Shown here in pieces: positions 1-9,348 of a DNA stretch of 63,950 bases (the stretch's first letter is position 1; the number at the start of each line of letters is the position of its first letter). The translations under genes and the position numbers were made by a program. This stretch comes from a virus (taxonomy: Duplodnaviria > Caudoviricetes), in the IMG/VR virus record IMGVR_UViG_3300027899_000982, positions 1-63,950 of that record. One strand, 5' to 3'. Below the pieces are notes generated by a model. It searched no databases. It saw nothing but the letters and a program-made list of their open reading frames with translations, and had not been told where the DNA came from.

Positions 1-21
1 ACTAATTGATGGACTAACCGA

Positions 22-414
22 AGCATAAGTCCATCCATAAGCCCATCTATCAGCCCAAGTGTCAGTCCATCTATCAGTCCAAGCCTAAGTCCTTCTGCTT
101 CGGTTAGTCCATCAATTAGTCCAAGTGTAAGCCCAAGCGTAAGTCCTTCTCAATCTCCAAGCCTTAGCCCAAGTGCTTCTGTTAGTCCATCTGTCAGTCC
201 TTCTATAAGCCCAAGTGCTTCGGTTAGCCCATCATTAAGCCCAAGCGAAAGCCCAAGCGAGTCTCCAAGTGCAAGTCCAAGCACTCCACCAGAAGGAATC
301 ATTTTTGACTTCGATCAAATTGATTCCACATTCAAATTCAAGAAGCAAAATACTTCTTTCTTATTCTATACGGCACCTACTTTCCAATTTAACAAAAGAG
401 GGCGTTATGTCTGA
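22..414 (+). CDS. 3' end of a Ser/Pro-rich (SPS[I/V/L/A/E])n mucin-like repeat protein, 5'-truncated
   Basis: Frame 1 reads SISPSISPSISPSVSPS...SPSTPPEGIIFDFDQIDSTFKFKKQ...RYV* and stops at TGA 412-414, overlapping the next ATG. Not in the ORF track because no start codon is present. Confidence 0.85.
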   Translation, partial: SISPSISPSISPSVSPSISPSLSPSASVSPSISPSVSPSVSPSQSPSLSPSASVSPSVSPSISPSASVSPSLSPSESPSESPSASPSTPPEGIIFDFDQIDSTFKFKKQNTSFLFYTAPTFQFNKRGRYV

Positions 415-1330
415 TGTGTCTATTATTATTCCAGCCAGAAATGAACCTTACCTACAGAAAACAATAGATGACCTGATAGCCAAAGCCAAGGGAAAGATAG
501 AAATTATTTGTGTCCTTGATGGCTATTGGCCTGATCCTATAATAAGTGATAATCCTAATTTAGTTTTGATTCACAATACAGATGCCAGGGGCATGAGGGC
601 TGCTATCAATGATGCTGTAAGAATTTCCAAAGGCAAATACATTATGAAAGCTGATGGTCATTGTATGTTTGCAGAGGGTTTCGATGAAATACTTAAAGCT
701 GATTGCGAACCAAATTATATGGTTGTCCCCAGTCGTTATAGTCTCGATGCTGATAATTGGAAGAGAGGTCGAGGCCCTATTGATTATCTGTATATCACTT
801 TTCCTTATATACCCGAAGAGCAATTTGGGTTAGGAATGCACGGTAAGAAATGGCTTGCTATTGAAGGTAACATGGGAGGGAATAGTTATTATGGTTTGGA
901 GAGTCAAAAGAAAGATATTCTAATTGATGATATAATGGCCTTTCAAGGGTCTTGCTGGTTTATGCACAAAGAATATTTTGTGAATACAGTTGGAATGTTA
1001 GACGAATATTGGTATAATATGTATCAAGAAGCACAGGAATTAATCTGCAAAGTTTGGTTATCTGGTGGTAGATGCGTAGTCAACAAAAAGACTTGGTATG
1101 CCCATTGGCATAAGACAGGATCAGGATATGGATTGTCCAAGCAAGCTAAATTAAAATCAGAAAAAGAATCGGTTGAGTATTGGATGGAAAATAAGTGGCC
1201 TGGACAGAAATTGCCTTTTGAGTGGCTGATCGACAAGTTTTCTCCAATACCCAGTTGGCCATCAGACTGGAAAACTAATACTAAATATTTTGAGGAATAT
1301 CAAAAATTGCTGGAGGGCATTTTAAAATGA
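407..1330 (+). CDS. GT-A glycosyltransferase, polypeptide GalNAc-transferase (GT27)-like
   Basis: Likely true start is MSDVSIIIPARNE at 407. Has a DGHC (DxH) motif and GSCWFMHKEYF...E..K.WLSGG...AHWHK. Confidence 0.8.
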   Translation: MSDVSIIIPARNEPYLQKTIDDLIAKAKGKIEIICVLDGYWPDPIISDNPNLVLIHNTDARGMRAAINDAVRISKGKYIMKADGHCMFAEGFDEILKADCEPNYMVVPSRYSLDADNWKRGRGPIDYLYITFPYIPEEQFGLGMHGKKWLAIEGNMGGNSYYGLESQKKDILIDDIMAFQGSCWFMHKEYFVNTVGMLDEYWYNMYQEAQELICKVWLSGGRCVVNKKTWYAHWHKTGSGYGLSKQAKLKSEKESVEYWMENKWPGQKLPFEWLIDKFSPIPSWPSDWKTNTKYFEEYQKLLEGILK

Positions 1331-1827
1331 ATGTTAATAGTATAACAGTAAGAGAAGAAGATGGGGGATTAAGAAACTTTATCAATGGTAAGAAATTGGC
1401 CCATTTTGTTTGGAATCATTATAATCCTGATCAACCTATTAAAAAAGGTTATTTAATTCATCATAAGGATAAAGATACATTAAATGATCACATAAGCAAT
1501 TTAGAATTGATGTCTATTGGAAATCATTCTATATTGCACCATACAGGCAGAAAGTGTTCTGAAAAGACTAAACAAAAAATGTCTTTAAGTAGTATAGGAA
1601 GGATTTTTTCTGATGAACATAAAATGAATTTATCAAAAAGTCATAAAGGTAAAAAGCATTCAGAAGAAACTAAAAGAAAGATGTCATCTTCTGGGAAAAA
1701 TAAAATAGTATCTGATGAAACCAAAAGAAAAATATCTGAGGCACTAAAGGGGCATGTTGTAACTAAAGAGGCAAGAGATAAAATGTCTAAAAGTCATAAA
1801 AAGGGGGCATACAATGGACAAAGCTGA
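1327..1827 (+). CDS. HNH homing endonuclease with NUMOD3 repeats
   Basis: HHKDKDTLNDHISNLEL followed by repeated HSEETKRKMS-type motifs. Confidence 0.9.
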   Translation: MNVNSITVREEDGGLRNFINGKKLAHFVWNHYNPDQPIKKGYLIHHKDKDTLNDHISNLELMSIGNHSILHHTGRKCSEKTKQKMSLSSIGRIFSDEHKMNLSKSHKGKKHSEETKRKMSSSGKNKIVSDETKRKISEALKGHVVTKEARDKMSKSHKKGAYNGQS

Positions 1828-2428
1828 CGAGGTTGTTTGGAAACACTTTCACATCAAAAGAAATGACGTTTTACCTTTTTCTGGTTGGGCTGGTGGTAGG
1901 GCTATGTTGCCTTTGGTCTATCAGGAATTAGGCTACAAAGTAGGGGTAGAGATTGGGACAAGAGAAGGCATTTATGCTGAGGAAATGTGCAAAGTCTATC
2001 CTGATATGAAATTGTATTGTGTTGATCCTTGGAGAGCATTTTCTAGAAACCCACAAGAAAAGTTAGAAGAGCAATATGAGATAGCCAAAAAGAGATTAGA
2101 TCCCTACAATGTTGTGTTGGTTAGAAGGACTAGCATGGAAGCATTAAGCATTTTTGAAAATGAGTCTTTGGATTTCGTTTACATTGATGCTTTACATTCT
2201 TTCAATGGAGTTATGACAGACATACTCTTCTGGCAAAGGAAAGTCAGGATTGGCGGGATTGTGGCAGGACATGATTATTTCAAATTCTATCAGGCTGGTA
2301 TCATAACGGCTGTCAATGCTTTTACTTTGGGTAACAACATCAATCCTTGGTATGTCACCCGAAAAGACAGAGACCCAAGTTGGTTTTACGTTAAACACCA
2401 CAGATGCTATGATGAAGAGTGGATATGA
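1814..2428 (+). CDS. Class I SAM methyltransferase (Methyltransf_24-like)
   Basis: VEIGTREG, VDPW, DFVYIDALH and GGIVAGHDY motifs. Confidence 0.85.
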   Translation: MDKADEVVWKHFHIKRNDVLPFSGWAGGRAMLPLVYQELGYKVGVEIGTREGIYAEEMCKVYPDMKLYCVDPWRAFSRNPQEKLEEQYEIAKKRLDPYNVVLVRRTSMEALSIFENESLDFVYIDALHSFNGVMTDILFWQRKVRIGGIVAGHDYFKFYQAGIITAVNAFTLGNNINPWYVTRKDRDPSWFYVKHHRCYDEEWI

Positions 2429-3147
2429 AACTCTCCATCATCATTCCTGTTTTGAATAGCCACAAAGTAGTTATTCGGCAGATAAGGCATTTCAGAAAGA
2501 TGAAATTGCCTAATACTGTAGAGATTATTTTTGTGGATGATGGGAGTGATCCCCCTATTCAATTTGATTCAGGAATGAAGAATTTTCACATACTTTACAC
2601 CAATGACAAAAGACCTTGGACTCAAGGAATAGCCAGGAATTTAGGTGCTAGATTTGCCAAAGGGGAATATCTTTTCTTTACCGACATAGATCATATTATT
2701 TCTCAGGAAGCTATCAAGGCTGCTTTGGAGAGTGATTATGATAAGATGGTATTTCGTAGAGAGTATGGGGTGTTGGATAGTCATGGTAATATTAGACAAG
2801 AACTGCCCATACTTTATGCCAAGGGTCTTGATCCTGCAAGATACAGGAGAAGGAAATTAAATGCTGGATTTCATCCAACCACCTTCTCAATAAAGAAAAA
2901 GATATTTGATGAGATGCACGGTTTTGAGCCAAGATTCTGTCAGTATGGTTTTCATGCAGGCAAGAAATTCATGTCTGAGGATAGGGATTTTTTCTTGAGA
3001 TGGCAAAGGAGAGTAGCAAGGGGAAAATACAGACCTGAGATAGAAGGACCAAGAGTTTTCATGTTTCCTGTTGGTAGATTCCATGTAAAGCATGATCATA
3101 ATCCAGGTGGAATGTTCCACGACCTGAGCCTGGAGCAACCAGAATGA
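2419..3147 (+). CDS. GT2-family glycosyltransferase
   Basis: SIIIPVLN, VDDGS, ARNLGA, TDID and EDRDF motifs. Confidence 0.85.
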   Translation: MDMKLSIIIPVLNSHKVVIRQIRHFRKMKLPNTVEIIFVDDGSDPPIQFDSGMKNFHILYTNDKRPWTQGIARNLGARFAKGEYLFFTDIDHIISQEAIKAALESDYDKMVFRREYGVLDSHGNIRQELPILYAKGLDPARYRRRKLNAGFHPTTFSIKKKIFDEMHGFEPRFCQYGFHAGKKFMSEDRDFFLRWQRRVARGKYRPEIEGPRVFMFPVGRFHVKHDHNPGGMFHDLSLEQPE

Positions 3148-3563
3148 AACAACTGCTGATTATTCTTTTGATTCTTATATTGCCAATCCAAGCTTGGGGA
3201 AATCCTTGGTTGATTAGCCAACAATATGAACCAGCGGAGATTCAGCCAGACAGGTTCTATCTTTGGTTTGATGATGATAAGCTGGAACATGGAGTATCAC
3301 CATCTTATGATATGCTGAAAAGACCATTCCTATTGGTTGATGTTGAGGTGTTTGGATTGAAACCTGGGCATCATGTGGTTAGGGCGCAAGCAGCTTGGAA
3401 GGACGAGGTATCCGGTATGTCCGATCCTTTCCCTTTTTCCTGGCCTTGGCAAAGGTTTTCATCCCCACGGTTATCAATACTAGAACACCGGCCAGTCCTA
3501 AAATTAGACAGCCCTATGACGAATGGTACTATTAGACCACCGACAGGACTAATGCTGTTTTAA
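3144..3563 (+). CDS. Secreted Fn3/Ig-like protein
   Basis: N-terminal signal peptide. Resembles 8116..8466 (P[W/F]L start, V.A.A...S..S.P end). Confidence 0.5.
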   Translation: MKQLLIILLILILPIQAWGNPWLISQQYEPAEIQPDRFYLWFDDDKLEHGVSPSYDMLKRPFLLVDVEVFGLKPGHHVVRAQAAWKDEVSGMSDPFPFSWPWQRFSSPRLSILEHRPVLKLDSPMTNGTIRPPTGLMLF

Positions 3564-3583
3564 TTGAGCATGGAGTAACCAGA

Positions 3584-4132
3584 ATGATAGCTATAGTAGG
3601 AAAGGGGCCAAGCCTAATAGGTAAGAATATGGGCAGCCTGATAGATGCTTGTAATGTAGTGGTCAGGACTGCTGGTGGTAAATTGGATAATGATTATGGT
3701 CACAAAACAGATTATATCATTGTGACAACTCTATCCATACCTGAGATAGAGCAAAGTGATTTGACAGGAGTTAAAGGAATCTGGATTTATAAAACAAGAA
3801 CCAGACTTGGGTATAGCGATTGTATTTCTTATGTCAAAAGTCTTTTTGATGGTGAGATTAAATTTGCCAATATACAGGAATGGATAGAGGAATACAGAAA
3901 GACAGCCACAGTTTTTGAATATTCCCCTAAAGTGAACTATCCATCTAAAGGTACTGTAGCTGCTATTATGGCAATGAAAAGTTTTGATTATCCCCATGTG
4001 ATAGTAGCAGGGTTTGATTACATAACAGGAAGGACAAAAGTAGCCAAGCCCAAGCATGATTTCAAAGTTGAAAAGGAATTGCTGTTTAAGGCAGCAAATC
4101 AATACAATAAGACATTGAAGGGAATGACATGA
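3584..4132 (+). CDS. GT29 sialyltransferase-like protein
   Basis: Sialylmotif-L-like IAIVGKGPSL..G..ID...VVR...DYGHKT, motif-S-like PSKG...A...V.VAGFD, and motif-VS-like H....E. Confidence 0.65.
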   Translation: MIAIVGKGPSLIGKNMGSLIDACNVVVRTAGGKLDNDYGHKTDYIIVTTLSIPEIEQSDLTGVKGIWIYKTRTRLGYSDCISYVKSLFDGEIKFANIQEWIEEYRKTATVFEYSPKVNYPSKGTVAAIMAMKSFDYPHVIVAGFDYITGRTKVAKPKHDFKVEKELLFKAANQYNKTLKGMT

Positions 4133-4731
4133 ACCTTAGAGACTTGATCTGGATTAAATTTGGAATCAGGCCAGATGATATTTTGCCTTTTACTGCCTCT
4201 TCAAGAAAAGGGACCAGGAACATGATCTGGCAAGTGGCTGGAGAAATTGGCTTAAAAGTAGGAGCAGAAATTGGGGTGGAATGGGGTAGGAATGCTGTTG
4301 GTATATGTCGGGGCATACCAGATGTCAAGTTATATTGCATTGACCCTTATCTTCCTTATTACTCTAATTTTACAAGACCATCACAAGCACGTTGTGACCA
4401 CATCATGGAATGTGCCCAAGCAAAGTTTGTCAATTATGATGTTACTTTTATTAGGAAGAAAAGCGTAGAGGCCAGCAAGGATTTTGAGAATGAGTCCTTA
4501 GATTTTATTTATATTGATGGTGCCCATAATTTTGACGATGTGATGCTAGACTTATTGCATTGGGTTCCTAAAGTAAAACGCTGTGGTTTAATATCAGGAC
4601 ATGATTATAACGAAGGATACAGGAATGGTGTGATTACGGCTGTCAGGGCTTATACTCATGCCCATAATGTTAGTGAATACTATTTGACTTCTGAAGGACA
4701 GAAGAGTTTCTTTTGGGTGAAAGATTGGTAG
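4129..4731 (+). CDS. Class I SAM methyltransferase, paralog of 1814..2428
   Basis: AEIGVEWG, FENESLDFIYIDGAH and SGHDY motifs. Confidence 0.85.
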   Translation: MNLRDLIWIKFGIRPDDILPFTASSRKGTRNMIWQVAGEIGLKVGAEIGVEWGRNAVGICRGIPDVKLYCIDPYLPYYSNFTRPSQARCDHIMECAQAKFVNYDVTFIRKKSVEASKDFENESLDFIYIDGAHNFDDVMLDLLHWVPKVKRCGLISGHDYNEGYRNGVITAVRAYTHAHNVSEYYLTSEGQKSFFWVKDW

Positions 4732-5483
4732 ACACTTTCCTATTTTTCAATGAGTTGGATCTGCTTGAGATAAGGCTTCATGCCCTTGCTCCTTATGTCA
4801 GGAAGTTTGTCTTGGCAGAATGTCCAATTACTCATAGTGGTAAACCAAAGCCTTTATTCTTTCAGGAGAACAAAGAAAGATTCAAGGATTTCCCAATTGA
4901 GCATTTGATTGTCCCTATAACAAGTGGTACGTCTTGGGTTCTTGAGCATTATCAAAGAGAATACTTGATGAAGGGTATTGAGGATGCTGATCCAGAAGAG
5001 ATAATCCTGTTGTCTGATATGGATGAGATTCCTAATATGAAGGGATATGAGTTTGGTAAAGAAGGTGCCTTTAAGCAAAAGATGTATTACTACTATTTAA
5101 ATATCTGGACAGGCACTCTGTGGAAAGGGACTATTGCCAGAAAGAAAAAGAATATTGTCAAGCTGAATAGAGTCAGAAACAGAAGGAATGGTTATCCAAC
5201 CATAGTTTTTGATGGGGGATGGCATTTCTCTACGTTGGGAACAACCGAGCAAATCATTTATAAAATAGAGTCCTTTGCCCATATTGAATTGGACAAGCCT
5301 GAGTTTAAAGACAGGATTGATGACAACAGAAAGAATCTGCAAGACCCTTATAATAGAGGAGCAGCAAATTGGGGAAAAAGGGATTATAGATTGAGATTGG
5401 AAATGCCTAATGGTCCTGATTGGCTGTTAGAAAACAAAGAGAAATTTGCCCATCTTTTTTATGGAGATTTAAATGCACCCTGA
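4713..5483 (+). CDS. GT17 (GnT-III-like) glycosyltransferase
   Basis: DTFLFFNELDLLEIRL, E..QR, SDMDEIP, GGWHFS and KIESFAH motifs. Confidence 0.85.
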   Translation: MGERLVDTFLFFNELDLLEIRLHALAPYVRKFVLAECPITHSGKPKPLFFQENKERFKDFPIEHLIVPITSGTSWVLEHYQREYLMKGIEDADPEEIILLSDMDEIPNMKGYEFGKEGAFKQKMYYYYLNIWTGTLWKGTIARKKKNIVKLNRVRNRRNGYPTIVFDGGWHFSTLGTTEQIIYKIESFAHIELDKPEFKDRIDDNRKNLQDPYNRGAANWGKRDYRLRLEMPNGPDWLLENKEKFAHLFYGDLNAP

Positions 5484-5937
5484 TAGCATGAGATTAATAA
5501 GATATTTCCGTGACCATTACCTTTTAGATATGAAAGGCTGTTCAATCTTGGACGTTGGATCAAGGAAAACAAGGCGTGGGCATAGAATCTACAAAGAGGA
5601 ATTAAGGGACTATCAATATACAGGAATGGACGTTGTCCCTGGAATGAATGTGGATATTGTTGGTTATGAGAATATTAAAGATGTTTATGATGTGGTTATA
5701 AGTGGTCAGACTATGGAGCATGTAGAAAGACCGTGGGAATTTTTGGTCAATCTAAAGCAATATTTCAAGACTTATATCTGTATAATTGCACCCCATAATA
5801 GCCCAGAACATAAAATTCCCATAGACACTTATCGGTATTTTCCTGATGGTATGAGAGCTTTGTTCAATTATGCTGGGATCAAAGAGTTGGAAATAATTAA
5901 AGCTGTAGCAGATACTATAGGCATAGGGAGTCATTAA
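5473..5937 (+). CDS. SAM methyltransferase (Methyltransf_11-like)
   Basis: ILDVGS, YDVVISGQTMEHVERPW and H..P.D.YRYFPDG motifs. Confidence 0.8.
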   Translation: MHPDSMRLIRYFRDHYLLDMKGCSILDVGSRKTRRGHRIYKEELRDYQYTGMDVVPGMNVDIVGYENIKDVYDVVISGQTMEHVERPWEFLVNLKQYFKTYICIIAPHNSPEHKIPIDTYRYFPDGMRALFNYAGIKELEIIKAVADTIGIGSH

Positions 5938-7607
5938 TGGATCTGAGCGTTTTAATCCCCGCAAGGAATGAGATGTTTCTTAGGAACACAGTAGATAATA
6001 TTCTATCTAAGATAGAAGGTGACACAGAGATTATTGTTGTGGCTGATGGCAACTGGCCTGACCCACCTATCTTAGACAATCCAAAAGTTAGGATCATTCA
6101 TCATAGCGAATCTATAGGCCAAAGGGCAGCAACGAATGAAGCAGCCAGATTAAGTAGGGCTAAATTCATTATGAAGTGTGATGCCCATTGTGCTTTTGAC
6201 CAGGGGTTTGATGTTAAACTTATGGGGGATTGTGAATATGACTGGACCGTGGTTCCGAGAATGTACAATCTACATGTTTTCAATTGGAAGTGCAATAATT
6301 GTGGCAATGAAACATATCAAGGCCCGACTCCAACCAATTGTCAGAAATGTAATACTCAAGCGACCTTTGAAAGAGTGATCTATTGGAGGGAAAAGAGAAA
6401 TCCTACCAGTGATTTCTTTCGCTTTGATTCGGAATTAAAATTTCAATACTGGGGTGCTTTCAGGGATAGACCAGAAGCTAAAGCAGATTTAGCCCCTACT
6501 ATGTCATTGATTGGTGCTTGTTGGTTTATACACAGGGAAAGGTTTTGGGATTTAGATGGGCTTGATGAGAAGCATGGTAGTTGGGGGCAAATGGGAACGG
6601 AAATTGCTTGTAAAAGCTGGCTGTCTGGTGGGGCTTTAATGGTCAACAAAAAGACTTGGTTTGCTCATCTGTTCAGGACTCAAGGTGGTGACTTTGGTTT
6701 TCCTTATCCTTGTAATGCTATTCCTGCAAGAAAGTATTCTAAGAAGTTATGGCTTGAAAATAAATGGCCTAAAGCCAAGCATGATTTGAATTGGCTTCTG
6801 GATAAATTTGGTCCTGTCCCTGGATGGGAAGAAAAGGCTAAAATAACTGTGAATGACATTATGGATAAACCAGTACCATCTGAGAATACTCCCAAAGAAG
6901 GTTTAGTCTATTATACTGATTTCAGCGGAGATGAAAGTATTCTTAAAACAGTTAGAAAACAGATTACAAAATGCTGCCCTGATTGGCCTGTTGTTTCAGT
7001 GTCGTTAAATAAGCCTTTAGATTTTGGTAAGAATGTTGTCTTGAATGGTAAGAGAAGTTACTTGATGATGTTTAAACAGATATTGGCCGGAATAGAGGCT
7101 AGTGAAGCTGACATGCTTTATATGGTTGAGCATGATGTTTTATACCACCCAAGTCATTTCCAATATAAAATTCAAGACCCTAAATTATTTTATTATAATG
7201 AGAATCGTTGGGCTATAAACTATAATACTGGTCATGCCCTTTTTTATCATACTAAAGCCACTTCAATGATGTGCGCTAAGAGAGAGTTATTACTGGAACA
7301 TTACAGAAAACGTGTTGACAGAGTTGAAAAAGAAGGATATAGTTTTAGAATAGGGTTTGAGCCTGGAGGACACCAATTTCCAAGGGGCATAGACCAATAT
7401 AAATTAGCTGTTTGGTGGTCTGAATTTCCTTGTTTGGATATACGACATGGCAAGAATTTGACTGTTAGTAGATGGAAAAAAGAGGACTTTAGGAATAAGA
7501 GAAATCTTTATGCTTGGGCTGAAAAAGAAATAGATGATGATATGCCTGGGTGGGGCAAAATTAAAGGTGTGATGGAATTGTTTAAGGAGGGAAACGATGC
7601 CATATAA
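5937..7607 (+). CDS. Two-domain glycosyltransferase: N-terminal GT27-like domain with a Zn-ribbon insert, plus a second GT-A-like domain
   Basis: DAHC motif, PTMSLIGACWFIHRERFWDLDGLDE..GSWG...EIACKSWLSGG...HLFR, CNNC..CQKC, and a C-terminal EHDVLY. Confidence 0.8.
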   Translation: MDLSVLIPARNEMFLRNTVDNILSKIEGDTEIIVVADGNWPDPPILDNPKVRIIHHSESIGQRAATNEAARLSRAKFIMKCDAHCAFDQGFDVKLMGDCEYDWTVVPRMYNLHVFNWKCNNCGNETYQGPTPTNCQKCNTQATFERVIYWREKRNPTSDFFRFDSELKFQYWGAFRDRPEAKADLAPTMSLIGACWFIHRERFWDLDGLDEKHGSWGQMGTEIACKSWLSGGALMVNKKTWFAHLFRTQGGDFGFPYPCNAIPARKYSKKLWLENKWPKAKHDLNWLLDKFGPVPGWEEKAKITVNDIMDKPVPSENTPKEGLVYYTDFSGDESILKTVRKQITKCCPDWPVVSVSLNKPLDFGKNVVLNGKRSYLMMFKQILAGIEASEADMLYMVEHDVLYHPSHFQYKIQDPKLFYYNENRWAINYNTGHALFYHTKATSMMCAKRELLLEHYRKRVDRVEKEGYSFRIGFEPGGHQFPRGIDQYKLAVWWSEFPCLDIRHGKNLTVSRWKKEDFRNKRNLYAWAEKEIDDDMPGWGKIKGVMELFKEGNDAI

Positions 7608-7803
7608 AAGGGTAGACCCTGTGCCTGAAAAGCTGATGGATATTACAGCCTATGAAGGCCATTTCTCAATATGCCAAAAACTTAGAGATATTTATCACAT
7701 GACTAATGATGCTGAAATAAAAATGAATTGCAGAATTGCAATGGCAATGGCTAAATCTATGCAAGATAAACTTAAAAAATATAAAGAAGGATTAGTCAAA
7801 TGA
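7597..7803 (+). CDS. Hypothetical protein
   Basis: AAGGAGG RBS, coupled to neighbouring genes. Confidence 0.65.
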   Translation: MPYKRVDPVPEKLMDITAYEGHFSICQKLRDIYHMTNDAEIKMNCRIAMAMAKSMQDKLKKYKEGLVK

Positions 7804-8102
7804 ATCCATCTATATTCAAGAAACAGCCTTGGGAAGAAAGACAACTTGAGTTTGATGTATCAAATGCTTTAGCTACTGGTGACACTCTTTCTGCTAGCTT
7901 GACTCCTGTGGCTGAGGTTTTACTTGGAGATATTGTACAAAGTGCTATGGTTAGTGGGAATGTTACCAAAATAGCTAATAAGGTTTATGTTAAAGTTATA
8001 GGGGGAACAAACAAAATAGATTATACTGTTAGGGTAAGAATAACCACCACTAATGGTGATAAAATAGAAGATGAAATAACCATGCAAGTCAGAGATTCCT
8101 AA
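7800..8102 (+). CDS. Small beta-rich virion/tail adaptor-like protein
   Basis: FKKQPWE..L.FD...L and GGT...Y...VRITT..G..IE pattern typical of small phage adaptor proteins. Confidence 0.5.
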   Translation: MNPSIFKKQPWEERQLEFDVSNALATGDTLSASLTPVAEVLLGDIVQSAMVSGNVTKIANKVYVKVIGGTNKIDYTVRVRITTTNGDKIEDEITMQVRDS

Positions 8103-8115
8103 AAAGGAGGAGATT

Positions 8116-8466
8116 ATGAAAAAGATTCTTTTAGTATTGGCTATGGTTTTATTTTCCAGTCCACTTGTTTATGCCTCACCATTTCTAACCTGTGATTGTA
8201 CACCAGCAGCAGATTTAATTACTGGGTTTCAATTACAATTTGGTACTCAAACTGCTATTGACGTTCCAGCCTTGACTACTTGTTTATCTACCACCTGTCT
8301 TACCGATCAAAAAGTAATCTGTTATGATTTAGGAACTATGCCAAATGGGGCATTTTCTGTGAAAGCTTTAGCAAAGAATGTGTGGGGGTCATCCAGTTGG
8401 ACAAGCCCTTTGTCAGGAACAAAATCTTTACCTACTTCCCCTTCATTGCTAAGGATTATCCCGTAA
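8116..8466 (+). CDS. Secreted Fn3-like protein
   Basis: Signal peptide and VKALAKNVWGSSSW Fn3-like C-terminus. Confidence 0.55.
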   Translation: MKKILLVLAMVLFSSPLVYASPFLTCDCTPAADLITGFQLQFGTQTAIDVPALTTCLSTTCLTDQKVICYDLGTMPNGAFSVKALAKNVWGSSSWTSPLSGTKSLPTSPSLLRIIP

Positions 8467-8487
8467 GTGGATTAAGGCTATTGATAC

Positions 8488-9348
8488 TTGATGAGGGCTA
8501 TTGGTAAAGGAGAAATCATGGAAAAGAAAATGGATTATTTCTTAATTGCACTTGCTGTTTTCTGTTTCATCTTGGTTGGGTGTTCCTCCAAGATCATTTG
8601 GTCTCCAAATGGAGATTTTGAAGCATCCAACTATTCAATAAATGAAACACTTGATTCCAAGGGAAAGGTGGTTTCCCGTACCTACACCCCATTTGTGCCT
8701 GACCGATGGTATAGTGATGCACTGGATAAAATAGGGCCAATGTTTGGTCAGCTTTCACCACTAATTAAAATGTGGATTGATGCAACTAAGATTGTTCCAG
8801 TCCCTACTCCTGCTCCCCCGGCACCAGTCCCGGCTCCTGTGCCGCCTACTCCTGAACCCCCGGTGCCTACGCCTTATCCGGCACCTGTCCCAACACCTGT
8901 CCCAGTGCCTACGCCTGCAAGCACGGTTTTCACTCAAACAGGGAATGTAATAACTTTGGACATGAACACTTTGCCACGGAGTATGGGACAAGCAGGATTC
9001 TTGGTTTCTGATAATGGCCTTTACTATGCAATGGCTTTCATCTATGCCTATGGGCCAGGACAGACTATGCCAGATGATAGTGCTGGAACTTTAATACCAA
9101 TTAACACACCTGAGAAAAGGGCTGAGATTTATAAGTGGTTTGATAATGAGGTGATGAAAGTCAGGAGTATGATGCAAGCTAATTCTGCTTTGACTTTAGT
9201 GGCTATCACAAATGATGGCGTTGACAAGTGTGGGTTTAGATTAGGGCCACCAATACTGGAACGATTGAAAGAATTTGGCAACAGAATTAGCTTGGGTGAG
9301 ATTTATGTTTATGCCACTTCCGATGCAAAAAAGAAGGGTAAAAAATGA
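8488..9348 (+). CDS. Lipoprotein with Pro/Thr-rich linker (likely start 8518)
   Basis: LVGC lipobox and a PVPTPAPPAPVP... repeat linker. Confidence 0.65.
   Translation: MMRAIGKGEIMEKKMDYFLIALAVFCFILVGCSSKIIWSPNGDFEASNYSINETLDSKGKVVSRTYTPFVPDRWYSDALDKIGPMFGQLSPLIKMWIDATKIVPVPTPAPPAPVPAPVPPTPEPPVPTPYPAPVPTPVPVPTPASTVFTQTGNVITLDMNTLPRSMGQAGFLVSDNGLYYAMAFIYAYGPGQTMPDDSAGTLIPINTPEKRAEIYKWFDNEVMKVRSMMQANSALTLVAITNDGVDKCGFRLGPPILERLKEFGNRISLGEIYVYATSDAKKKGKK

Noticed and set aside
269-406. N-terminal extension of the first glycosyltransferase
   Set aside because: It overlaps the Ser/Pro protein in another frame. The GT fold begins at ATG 407.
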